This document shows positions 9,344 through 18,111 of a stretch of DNA of 64,000 nucleotides, one piece after another. Source of the stretch: an uncultured Bacillota bacterium (GTDB lineage Bacteria > Bacillota > Clostridia > Peptostreptococcales > Anaerovoracaceae); assembly GCA_927441425.1 (NCBI GenBank), contig CAKMKG010000001.1:150-64149 (forward strand), in the 5' to 3' direction. A model generated the notes under the pieces. That model did no database searches and was not told the origin of the DNA. It was given only the letters and a program-made list of their open reading frames with translations. The first letter of the stretch is position 1. Each line of letters begins with the position of its first letter. The position numbers and the translations under genes are program-made.

Positions 9344-10492
9344 TTATATGTCGGGGGTGTCAAAGGTGTCTGGAACAAACAGCTCCCGGGCAACTTGCCT
9401 GGTTGTTTTCTTTTCTGCCGCTGCCTTTTCGAAGACCAATCTGGTATTCTTCCGGACTAAGGATTCGGTATCTTGAACGATGGCTTCCGGAATGCAGGGA
9501 ACCAGCCCAAAGACTGCTACATCGTAAATCCGGATACCGCCGAGATTTGTCACGAAGTCCACACAGATATCCACGTTCATACCGGCTAGAATGTCATCCG
9601 CTTCTTCGGTAACCGGAATATTGGCTGCCTCCACGATCAGACTGGCTTTCACTTTGTGGGCGTTATTCTTATTGATTACGTCTTCCAGTGCCGCAGGAAC
9701 CAGAATGTCGCAATCGACGTCCAGCCATTCCGTATTCTTCAGCACCTGGTAACCTGCTTCAAACGCACTCTGATCCAACTCACCCTTTGGTTTCCTTGTT
9801 GCGACAAGCATCGTAACATCCAGCCCGTCCTGACAAACGACCAGACAGTTGGCGTCGGCAATTCCGACGATTTTATAGCCCATTTTATCAAGGCTGACGG
9901 CCATGGAAGCCCCTACACAGCCGAAGCCCTGCAGGACAATCCGAGCACCGGGTTTGCCTGATTTCATTTTCCAGGCCTCATCCATGCCGGCGGCGCAGCC
10001 ATAACCGGTAATCATATCGTACATCTTAAAACCGTCATAGGTCATCTCGCAAAGCACTTCGTGCTCCTCAATGCATTTGATGATTCTGGGATCTGTCTTC
10101 ATTTCTTTTGTCGCAGGCAGGCCGATCCCAAGCTCGTCGAGGATCTCCAGCACATCTCCGTAATCAACGCCCAGGTCTCCGCCGATGGATACGCCGGCCT
10201 TGATATATGGGGCCATAGCAATCAGGTATCTTCTTAAAACATCCTTCGCATCGGGAGCTTTGTAATCATAGGCGATCCCGCCCTTGCAGCCTCCCGTTGT
10301 CTTTGACTCCGAGGCTTTATATTTGTATCCCATTGTGGTTGCTAAACGGACGACTTCCTCTCTCGTCACCGTTGGATGCATACGGGTTCCGCCTCCGCAG
10401 TAATGGTTTACAAAATTGTAGGCGCAAAGCCATCCTTTTGCATCGCTCTCCACATCGTTCCATTCGACAATTGCATAAGGTCTCTTTTCCAT
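9344..10492 (-). CDS. Glu/Leu/Phe/Val-family amino-acid dehydrogenase, divergent, substrate unknown
   Basis: GGTRMHP, MGYK, GGCKGG (catalytic Lys), GGDLG, TGYG, QGFGCVG, DILVPAA, EAAN; RBS before ATG 10492. Confidence 0.88.
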   Translation of the reverse strand: MEKRPYAIVEWNDVESDAKGWLCAYNFVNHYCGGGTRMHPTVTREEVVRLATTMGYKYKASESKTTGGCKGGIAYDYKAPDAKDVLRRYLIAMAPYIKAGVSIGGDLGVDYGDVLEILDELGIGLPATKEMKTDPRIIKCIEEHEVLCEMTYDGFKMYDMITGYGCAAGMDEAWKMKSGKPGARIVLQGFGCVGASMAVSLDKMGYKIVGIADANCLVVCQDGLDVTMLVATRKPKGELDQSAFEAGYQVLKNTEWLDVDCDILVPAALEDVINKNNAHKVKASLIVEAANIPVTEEADDILAGMNVDICVDFVTNLGGIRIYDVAVFGLVPCIPEAIVQDTESLVRKNTRLVFEKAAAEKKTTRQVARELFVPDTFDTPDI

Positions 10493-10610
10493 TCTTTCTT
10501 CCTCCATAACAATCTGCCAGTCTATGATAGCAGTTTTAAATTGTCCGCGTATGTACTGTCACGTGATACGCTGTGTTCCGTTAATTGACAACAGGCGCTT
10601 GTTTGATTAG

Positions 10611-10640
10611 AGTGTATATGCATACATGAATAAATGTCAA
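10611..10640 (-). promoter_or_regulatory. sigmaA promoter of the dehydrogenase operon, overlapped by a GTAT/ATAC operator-like motif
   Basis: Minus strand TTGACA-N18-TACACT; TGTATATGCATACA covers the spacer and -10. Confidence 0.6.
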
Positions 10641-10852
10641 CGATAAAAAACACAGCGAATACCTGTGTTCTAATGCAAAATACCCCAAAAAATGCTTGAA
10701 TATAAACATTTATAATTAGTATTAAATAACATTATAAATTAGTGTATACATGTATATTTATATTTAGATTTTTGTTGCATTTCTCGATACGAGTGTGTTA
10801 TATTTTAAACGAAGAAGGAACAGCAAAAACGTATGGAAAGGGGGGTGGTCCA

Positions 10853-11491
10853 TTGGACATTACATCACTGCGTCACATGGCAATGGAGAGTATTCTGTCA
10901 AAAATTCATAGCGGGGAATTCTCCCAAGATAATATCATTACAGAGACGATGGTTTGTGAATTATTGAATATCAGCAGGACTCCCGCTAGGGAAGCACTCA
11001 TTGAACTTGTGGCCAACGGAATTCTGGAGAAAGTTCCCAGAAAAGGGTATGCGATTACGAAATTTGATCAGAAGACGAAACTGGATTCCTATGAAATCCT
11101 GGGAAATTTGGACGGACTGGCAGCTAAGCTGGCACTTCCCAATATAACCGGTGCTGACTTGAACAAGATGCGTGAGCATATCGATCTGGCAAACGTAGCG
11201 ATCAAGTATAATAATTATCCGGCCTACTGCGAACAACAGGAACATTTTCACAATGTGTACATCAATAAGTGTGATAATAAACAGTTGATTGCACTGTTGA
11301 AGCAGATAAAGGCGAACCTGGATCGATATACCTATTACAGCAATGATGAGACGGAGCTTAGCTCCATATGTGCGTCCATGAACAGGGAGCACATGGAGAT
11401 TGTGGCGCTTTTTGAGAAGGGTGACAAAAGTGCGTTATTTGAGTATCTAACGGATAACCACTGGTCGACCAAGGCGTTGGATCTTATTTAA
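10853..11491 (+). CDS. GntR-family (FCD-type) transcriptional regulator
   Basis: wHTH ISRTPAREALIELVANG..VPRKG; FCD domain FHNVY..CDN, EH; TTG start after GGGGGTGG. Confidence 0.9.
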   Translation: MDITSLRHMAMESILSKIHSGEFSQDNIITETMVCELLNISRTPAREALIELVANGILEKVPRKGYAITKFDQKTKLDSYEILGNLDGLAAKLALPNITGADLNKMREHIDLANVAIKYNNYPAYCEQQEHFHNVYINKCDNKQLIALLKQIKANLDRYTYYSNDETELSSICASMNREHMEIVALFEKGDKSALFEYLTDNHWSTKALDLI

Positions 11492-11592
11492 TAAATAGTT
11501 CGGCTAGAATGGGAATGTATCGTATATTAATCGAAAATTAGCTGAAATGAGCAGGTGAATACAAAAGGATGTGACATCTGAACTCGTCCATT

Positions 11593-11621
11593 AAAAAAAC
11601 CTCAAGAATCTTGAGGTTTTT
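11593..11621. terminator. Bidirectional terminator
   Basis: AAAAACCTCAAG-AAT-CTTGAGGTTTTT. Confidence 0.8.
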
Positions 11622-11663
11622 GCTGATTCAACCTATTCTGGGAAATGCTATCCTGCATGAATC

Positions 11664-11942
11664 CTAGGAACAAGCCCAATTCCGACCTTCTTTTTTTGCC
11701 CGGTAAAGTTCCTTATCGGCACGCTTAAACCATGATTCGAGGTCCTCTCCTTTGATGTGTTCGGCGACGCCAATACTGATGGTTACTGTTCCAATGCCTG
11801 GGTGAATGATTCTTTCGGTAGCTCTTCTGATTTTCTCGGCAGTTTCAAATGCATGATCAACGTTCGTTTCTCGCATAAGAACGACAAATTCTTCTCCACC
11901 CCATCTTGCAAACACATCCGTTTCCCTAATTATGTTCTGCAC
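11664..11942 (-). pseudogene. Truncated GGDEF domain (C-terminal half only)
   Basis: RETDVFARWGGEEF...TISIG..RADKELYRAKKEGRN; lacks the N-terminal D-x-D-x-FK-x-x-ND part; in-frame TAA shortly upstream. Confidence 0.75.
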
Positions 11943-12115
11943 ATGACTGCAGATGCGACTAATTTAAAGTATTTCAAGCAAAAATATCCTCCCATACAAT
12001 TAACATTCATTAAATTATGACATAGACTCGAGAGAATGTCACCAACCAATGAATCCAAGCCGTTGATTTTTCAATTATAAATAGGATTCGTCCGGAGGAA
12101 TAGAGCTGCCATTAA

Positions 12116-12133
12116 TTGTGAAAAAATAAACAT
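12116..12133. promoter_or_regulatory. Rex-like box (weak)
   Basis: TTGTGAA-AAAA-TAAACAT versus consensus TTGTGAA-N4-TTCACAA. Confidence 0.4.
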
Positions 12134-12226
12134 TAAAACCTCTTTTGGTGAGGTTAAAGTAGTATATCTATTTGATTATCATACTGCATACCGTGGCCGG
12201 AATAACCGGAAACCCAATAAAAAAGG

Positions 12227-12254
12227 ATATTGTATACAGGAAAGTATACAATAT
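12227..12254. promoter_or_regulatory. Perfect inverted repeat, candidate GntR operator
   Basis: ATATTGTATAC-AGGAAA-GTATACAATAT, just upstream of the -35 of the acyl-CoA dehydrogenase operon. Confidence 0.6.
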
Positions 12255-12270
12255 TATAAAGAAATAGTAA

Positions 12271-12299
12271 TTGACATAAAATTAACAAAGTGCTACGAT
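12271..12299 (+). promoter_or_regulatory. sigmaA promoter (extended -10) overlapped by a Rex-like box
   Basis: TTGACA-N17-TACGAT with TG at -15/-14; TTGACAT-AAAA-TTAACAA resembles clostridial Rex TTGTTAA-N4-TTAACAA. Confidence 0.65.
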
Positions 12300-12364
12300 T
12301 GTTCAAAGGCTAAGCCATAGAAATATACAAAAATAAAAAACATTTGAATGATAAGGAGATGAAT

Positions 12365-13501
12365 ATGAATTTTAAGCTTTCAGATGCCCATGCTATGCTG
12401 CAAAAGGTTGCAAGAGAATTCGCGGAGAAAGAAGTTGCACCTCTCGCGGCCGAACTTGACCTGACGGGAGAATTCCCAAGAGAAACCTTTGAAAAGATGG
12501 CAAAATGCGGATTTACAGGGATTGGAACCCCTATCGAATACGGAGGATCCGGTGCGGATGATCTTGCCAAGGCTGTCGTTGTTACCGAGATTGCGAGAAA
12601 GTGTGCCGCTACGGCTGCAACCCTTTCTATTCATTCCATTTTTCCTTCGGTGATTATGAAATTTGGAACCGAGGAACAGAAAGCTAAATATTTGCCTCTT
12701 TGCGCAGACGGAGGAAAACTGAGTGCCTTTGCATTAACAGAGCCAAACGCGGGATCTGATGCAGGTGCGGTCAAGACAATGGCCATTCTTGAGGGGGACG
12801 AATATGTGCTGAATGGCACCAAGTGCTTTATCTCCGGAGGCGGTCAGGCTGAGTATCTGATTATCTTTGCTCTAACAGACCCTGCGAAGGGCCTGAAAGG
12901 ACTATCTGCCATCATTGTTGAGCGGGGAACGCCGGGCTTTTCCATCGGGAAAATCGAGGAGAAGATGGGAATCAGAGCCTCAGAAACTGTTGAGCTGATC
13001 TTTGACAACTGCAGAGTACCCAAGGAAAACCTAGTAGGAAAAGAAGGCAAGGGCTTTAACATTGCCATGACTGCACTGGACGGGGCAAGAATTGGTGTTG
13101 CTGCGCAAGCTCTTGGAATTGCAGAGGAAGCCTTAGACGAAGCGGTAAAATATATGAAGGAACGGGTACAGTTTGGAAAGCCTTTGACTGCATTGCAGGG
13201 ACTAAACTGGTACATCGCCGAAATGGCTACCAAAGTGGAAGCCGCCAAATGGATGGTTTACAATGCTGCTTTCTTAAAGCAATCCGGACAGCCCTTCACC
13301 AAGGAAGCGGCCATGGCAAAGCTTTATGCTTCTGAAACCGCTATGTTTGTTACCAATCTTTCCCTCCAAATCCACGGGGGTTACGGCTACATGAAGGATT
13401 ATCCGCTGGAAAGAATGCTGCGGGATGCGAAAATTACTGAAATATATGAAGGAACATCGGAAATCCATAAGGTTGTTATTGCAAGAGCAGTGTTGGGCTA
13501 G
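12365..13501 (+). CDS. Acyl-CoA dehydrogenase (butyryl-CoA dehydrogenase-like)
   Basis: AFALTEPNAGSDA, LNGTKCFI, KMGIRAS, QIHGGYGY, IYEGTSEI. Confidence 0.93.
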   Translation: MNFKLSDAHAMLQKVAREFAEKEVAPLAAELDLTGEFPRETFEKMAKCGFTGIGTPIEYGGSGADDLAKAVVVTEIARKCAATAATLSIHSIFPSVIMKFGTEEQKAKYLPLCADGGKLSAFALTEPNAGSDAGAVKTMAILEGDEYVLNGTKCFISGGGQAEYLIIFALTDPAKGLKGLSAIIVERGTPGFSIGKIEEKMGIRASETVELIFDNCRVPKENLVGKEGKGFNIAMTALDGARIGVAAQALGIAEEALDEAVKYMKERVQFGKPLTALQGLNWYIAEMATKVEAAKWMVYNAAFLKQSGQPFTKEAAMAKLYASETAMFVTNLSLQIHGGYGYMKDYPLERMLRDAKITEIYEGTSEIHKVVIARAVLG

Positions 13502-13512
13502 GAGTATAAGAT

Positions 13513-13704
13513 AAGTGTGAAAACACTTTCACACTTTCCGCTAGGAACCCTATGGTTCCCTTCGGCGCTCGCTACGCGAGCTGAGCACCCTCCTTTATCG
13601 GCGAGGGGTACCCCCTCTGCACTCCCCGCCTCCATCATAATTTGATTTATGATTGGTAGACGAGGGGTTCCATTAATTATTTGTGATGGCGCAAAGCGCC
13701 GCAA
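13513..13704. repeat. Multi-hairpin intergenic element (REP/MITE-like)
   Basis: Hairpins AAGTGTGAAA/TTTCACACTT, GGAACC/GGTTCC, GCTCGC/GCGAGC, GAGGGG/CCCCTC, GGCGC/GCGCC within about 190 nt inside an operon. Confidence 0.5.
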
Positions 13705-13715
13705 TGGAGGCAAAT

Positions 13716-14504
13716 ATGAAGATTATCGTATGCGTGAAGCAAGTTCCTGATACAAACGAAGTAAGAATCAATCAGGAAACAGGTACTCTGATCAGAGATG
13801 GAGTACCAAGCATTATTAACCCAGATGACAAAAATGCCATTGAAGGGGCCTTGGCCCTCAAGGATATTCACGGCGGTCATGTGACGGTTTTGTCCATGGG
13901 TCCCCCACAGGCTAAGGAGGCGCTGAAAGAAGCTTTAGCAATGGGTGCAGATGAAGCAGTATTGCTATCAGACAGAGCTTTTGCAGGATCCGATACCTGG
14001 GCAACCTCAACGATCTTGGCAGCGGCCATCGAAGCCATCGGAGGTTATGACATCATCTTCTGCGGCAGACAGGCTATCGACGGAGATACGGCCCAGGTTG
14101 GCCCTGAAACGGCAGAATTCCTCAACATCCCACAGGTGACCTATGCAAAACACATCAAGGCGGTGGGTGATCGAGTACAGATTACTAGGTATACTGAATA
14201 TGGAGACTATGTAATTGAAGCAAAAATGCCTTTGCTGCTCACGGCAATCAAAGAACTCAATGAACCAAGATTTCCCAGTGTGAGAGGGATATTCAAAGCA
14301 TATTCCACGGATGACGTGAAGGTATGGACCTTAGATGATCTGAAAATAGACATGACGCAAATCGGTCTGAAGGGCTCTCCAACTAATGTATTCCGTTCTT
14401 TTGTTCCCGTGAAGGAAAAGAACTCACTCATCATCGAAGGACAGAACGGAAAAGAAAAAGCCGCCGCACTGATCAACAAGCTTACAGACTTGAAGTTAGT
14501 ATAG
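13716..14504 (+). CDS. etfB: Electron transfer flavoprotein beta subunit
   Basis: MKIIVCVKQVPD, NPDD, GSDTWAT, GRQAIDGDTAQVG, GLKGSPT. Confidence 0.95.
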   Translation: MKIIVCVKQVPDTNEVRINQETGTLIRDGVPSIINPDDKNAIEGALALKDIHGGHVTVLSMGPPQAKEALKEALAMGADEAVLLSDRAFAGSDTWATSTILAAAIEAIGGYDIIFCGRQAIDGDTAQVGPETAEFLNIPQVTYAKHIKAVGDRVQITRYTEYGDYVIEAKMPLLLTAIKELNEPRFPSVRGIFKAYSTDDVKVWTLDDLKIDMTQIGLKGSPTNVFRSFVPVKEKNSLIIEGQNGKEKAAALINKLTDLKLV

Positions 14505-14517
14505 GGAGATACAGAAT

Positions 14518-15558
14518 ATGAATAGAGCAAAAGTAAATCAAGGAAACAATCTTGCGGACTATCATGATGTTTGGGTCATCGCCGAACAGAACGAAGGAAA
14601 AATTCATCCAGTTACCATCGAACTGGTTGGGGAAGGAAGAAAACTCGCAGATTCCCTTGCAAAAAAGCTAGCCGTCGTCGTGCCCGGTGCCGATGCGGAA
14701 GACGAAGCCAGAAAGCTACTTCACTACAATGTGGATAAGGTGTATTATATCAAGCACCCATTATTAAAGGATTTTTCAACAGAAGGCTATGCCCTTTCCA
14801 TTTCTGAACTGATCCTGGAAAAACAGCCGGAAGTGGTGCTTCTTGGTGCTACCTCCATCGGAAGAGACATTGCTCCAAGAATTGCTGGAAAAGTGGGAAC
14901 CGGGTTGACGGCTGACTGCACCAAGCTGGAAGTTGACGGGGAAGACCACAAGCTCCTGCAGACCAGACCAGCTTTCGGCGGAAACCTTATGGCCACCATT
15001 GTTTGCCCGAAAAACAGGCCGCAGATGTCTACCGTCAGACCAGGAGTGATGGAAAAGGCTGCTTACCATCAGGAAATCCATGGGAAACTTGAAATATTCA
15101 TTCCTTCCCTGAAGGAAGAAGAGATTCGAACTGTCTTGATCGAAAAAGTAAAGAGTGACAAGAAAAAAGTCAACCTCATAGATGCCAAGGTCATCGTATC
15201 GGGCGGAAGAGGGCTTAAGGCTCCCGAAGGGTTTGCTCTGGTCCGTGCCCTTGCAGAAAAAGTCAACGGGGAAGTCGGATCTTCGAGGGCTTGCGTGGAT
15301 GCAGGCTGGATAGAGCATTTACACCAAGTGGGACAGACGGGAACGACAGTAAGACCGGACCTGTATATTGCCTGCGGTATTTCCGGTGCCATTCAGCACC
15401 TTGCCGGAATGAGTGAGGCAAAATACATCGTAGCCATCAACAAGGATCCCAATGCACCGATTTTCAAAGTATGCGATTACGGTATTGTAGGGGATATCAA
15501 CGAAGTCATCCCTGCCATGATCGAGGCGATTGATAAAAATGGTAGCTTTGAAATCTAG
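14518..15558 (+). CDS. etfA: Electron transfer flavoprotein alpha subunit
   Basis: GLTADCT, RPAFGGN, VSGGRG, QVGQTG, GISGAIQH. Confidence 0.95.
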   Translation: MNRAKVNQGNNLADYHDVWVIAEQNEGKIHPVTIELVGEGRKLADSLAKKLAVVVPGADAEDEARKLLHYNVDKVYYIKHPLLKDFSTEGYALSISELILEKQPEVVLLGATSIGRDIAPRIAGKVGTGLTADCTKLEVDGEDHKLLQTRPAFGGNLMATIVCPKNRPQMSTVRPGVMEKAAYHQEIHGKLEIFIPSLKEEEIRTVLIEKVKSDKKKVNLIDAKVIVSGGRGLKAPEGFALVRALAEKVNGEVGSSRACVDAGWIEHLHQVGQTGTTVRPDLYIACGISGAIQHLAGMSEAKYIVAINKDPNAPIFKVCDYGIVGDINEVIPAMIEAIDKNGSFEI

Positions 15559-15585
15559 CAGAATGCAAGAAAGGATAGATTGATT

Positions 15586-16035
15586 ATGAGCAGTATGATT
15601 GATGACAATAGCTTAAACATGAGCGGATACAGCATTCGGGAAATGTATGTAGGGCAAAGAGCCAGTATCTCAAAAACCATTGGAGAATGCGACATTAATA
15701 CCTTTGCAGGAATCATCGGAGATCTAAACCCGGTTCACGTCAATGCAGAATATGCGAAAACTACGCGTTTTGGGGAACGAATTGCCCACGGCATGCTGAC
15801 TGCATCGTTTCTGTCAACCATCGTAGGAATGTGTATTCCCGGTGCTGATGCCATCTATTTAAGTCAGGAGCTGAAATTCCTTCTCCCTGTAAAGATCGGG
15901 GACACCATTACCGCTACCGGAGTGGTAATAAAAATAATCGAAGAAAAAAAAATTGGATATCTGGATATGACCATTACCAATCAGAGAGGGGAAATTGTCG
16001 TAGCCGGAGAAGGAAAGGTAATGGCCACAAAATAA
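15586..16035 (+). CDS. MaoC-family (R)-specific enoyl-CoA hydratase/dehydratase
   Basis: GDLNPVH hydratase-2 motif, IAHGML, F..PV.IGDT. Confidence 0.9.
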   Translation: MSSMIDDNSLNMSGYSIREMYVGQRASISKTIGECDINTFAGIIGDLNPVHVNAEYAKTTRFGERIAHGMLTASFLSTIVGMCIPGADAIYLSQELKFLLPVKIGDTITATGVVIKIIEEKKIGYLDMTITNQRGEIVVAGEGKVMATK

Positions 16036-16049
16036 ACGGAGGTGATTTT

Positions 16050-17216
16050 ATGGCAAACATATTTTTAACGCCAAATTACATTTGCATGGGAGAAGGCGCT
16101 CTGCAACATAGCAAGGAACATATGAAGAAGCTCGGTACGAAAGCTTTGGTGGTCACTGACGCTTCTATGATCAAGTTGAACAATGTAAAAAAACTCACCA
16201 AAGTACTGGACGAAATACAAATAGAGTACGAGGTATTTTCCGACATCAACTGTGAGCCCACCAATCATATGGTAGATGCGGGAATCGACATTTATAAGGA
16301 CACCGGCTGCAATTTTCTCATCGGAATCGGCGGGGGAAGCCCCCTTGACACCATGAAGGCCATCGGAGCAGTCATCGGAAACGGCGGGAATGTCTGCGAC
16401 TATGTCGGTAAGCCCCTTAAGAACCCGATGCCTCCGACTGTATGCATCCCGACGACTGCAGGTACAGGCACGGAAGCTAGTAAAGCTTCCGTCATCACCA
16501 ATACAAAAACAAATGTGAAGATGCTTTTGAATGATCCCAAGCTGATGGCGGAGCTTGCCATTGTTGATCCGGAATTCACATTAACAGCGCCCCCTTCCGT
16601 TACGGCAGCCACAGGCATTGATGCCCTGACCCATGCCATTGAAGCGTATTTGTCCAGAAAATCCTTCCTGATGTCTGACATCTATGCGGTTTCCGCCATC
16701 AAAAGAATCTTTGCAAACCTCTATGAGGCGTATACAAACGGCGGAAACATTCATGCAAGAAATCAGATGGCAGTAGCTTCCCTGGAAGCGGGAATCAGCT
16801 TTACCAATTCCTCCGTAACGCTGGTCCATGGAATGAGCCGGCCAATTGGAGCATTGTTTCATGTTCCCCACGGGCTGTCAAATGCCATGCTCCTTTGTAA
16901 GTGCTTGGAGTTTATAGCACCTTGCGTGGTTGACCGACTCAGCATTCTTGCCAAAGAAATCGGATGCTATCAAGTGGGAATGAGCGATATGGATGCGGCA
17001 AAGTCTTTTGTAGAGGAAACCAAGAAGCTTTGCGGTCAATTGCACATTCAGACGCTGGCAGAATACGGCATAGACCGGGGTGAATTTTTCGCAGCCATTG
17101 ATAAAATGGCTACGGATGCCATTGCAAGTGGGAGTCCGGGTAATACAAGAGTACCTCCGACCAAAGAGGACCTGATCCAGATATATAAATCCTTATGGGA
17201 TGAATCGATTCTATAG
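16050..17216 (+). CDS. Iron-containing alcohol dehydrogenase
   Basis: GGGSPLD, PTTAGTG, DALTHAIE, VHGMS, HVPHG. Confidence 0.92.
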   Translation: MANIFLTPNYICMGEGALQHSKEHMKKLGTKALVVTDASMIKLNNVKKLTKVLDEIQIEYEVFSDINCEPTNHMVDAGIDIYKDTGCNFLIGIGGGSPLDTMKAIGAVIGNGGNVCDYVGKPLKNPMPPTVCIPTTAGTGTEASKASVITNTKTNVKMLLNDPKLMAELAIVDPEFTLTAPPSVTAATGIDALTHAIEAYLSRKSFLMSDIYAVSAIKRIFANLYEAYTNGGNIHARNQMAVASLEAGISFTNSSVTLVHGMSRPIGALFHVPHGLSNAMLLCKCLEFIAPCVVDRLSILAKEIGCYQVGMSDMDAAKSFVEETKKLCGQLHIQTLAEYGIDRGEFFAAIDKMATDAIASGSPGNTRVPPTKEDLIQIYKSLWDESIL

Positions 17217-17229
17217 GATAGGATTCGCC

Positions 17230-17262
17230 AAAAGGTAACGTTCCATGGGAACGTTACTTTTT
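17230..17262 (+). terminator. Intrinsic terminator of the acyl-CoA dehydrogenase operon
   Basis: GTAACGTTCC-ATG-GGAACGTTAC followed by a T run. Confidence 0.85.
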
Positions 17263-17385
17263 ATGTGCGCTGCATCATCTGATTATTACACCGTGAATGC
17301 CTTTTAGATTTTATGACCTATATTGTTATATGATCAAAAATATTGTAAGATAATGGGGAGAAAAAAATTTGACGGGGGGCTTTTT

Positions 17386-18111
17386 ATGTCTGTTCAAATT
17401 GGAATTTGTGATGATAATCCGGAGGATTGTAGAGTACTTGCAGAGGCATTATATTCTTACGACCCGTCTTTCAAAATATCGACTTATACAAGCGGCAAAT
17501 CACTTCTTGACGAGCTTGAGGATCTTGCCGTGGTATTTGACATTCTTTTTTTGGATATCTATATGCCCGGCATCAATGGAATCGAAACTGCCGGCATAAT
17601 CCGCGGGAAAATGGGGGATGCAATGATCATTTTTGTCTCTTCGAGCAATGAGCATTACCCGGAAGCCTATGATGTGTTTGCGTTCAATTACATGATGAAA
17701 CCGGTCAACCGTGAAAAGCTCAATACGATACTCGATCAGGCTCTCGTGAGCATCGCAAAGGAGCGCAGGGAACAGTTCAGTTTTACATATAAGGCAATGA
17801 CCTGCCGGGTCTATTGCAGAGATATTCTGTACATAGAGAGCAGTGATAAAATGATCCTATTTCATATGCAAAATAAAACAATGCTAAAATGTTATGGAAA
17901 ACTGGACGAACTATTAAAAAAGATGCCGGAAGGGTTCTTCATTCGCTGCCATCAGAGCTTCGCTGTAAATCTTTTTCATATATCGGAAATGGGAGATTCC
18001 TATTTCCGCATGGATTCTGTTTCCATCAGCATATCGAAAAAGTATCTGAAGGAGGCAAAGGATCAATATTTTGGGCACCTGTTTCAGCATATGAACAGAG
18101 GGCCTAAATGA
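17386..18111 (+). CDS. LytTR-family response regulator
   Basis: ICDD, FLDIYMP receiver domain; FIRCHQSFAVN LytTR motif. Confidence 0.92.
   Translation: MSVQIGICDDNPEDCRVLAEALYSYDPSFKISTYTSGKSLLDELEDLAVVFDILFLDIYMPGINGIETAGIIRGKMGDAMIIFVSSSNEHYPEAYDVFAFNYMMKPVNREKLNTILDQALVSIAKERREQFSFTYKAMTCRVYCRDILYIESSDKMILFHMQNKTMLKCYGKLDELLKKMPEGFFIRCHQSFAVNLFHISEMGDSYFRMDSVSISISKKYLKEAKDQYFGHLFQHMNRGPK

Noticed and set aside
13498-13713. 71-aa minus-strand ORF in the hairpin element
   Set aside because: Antisense within an operon, no RBS and no motif; better explained as non-coding structure.
12365-17216. Canonical butyrate (bcs) operon
   Set aside because: No thiolase, hbd or crotonase gene; MaoC and Fe-ADH are present instead.
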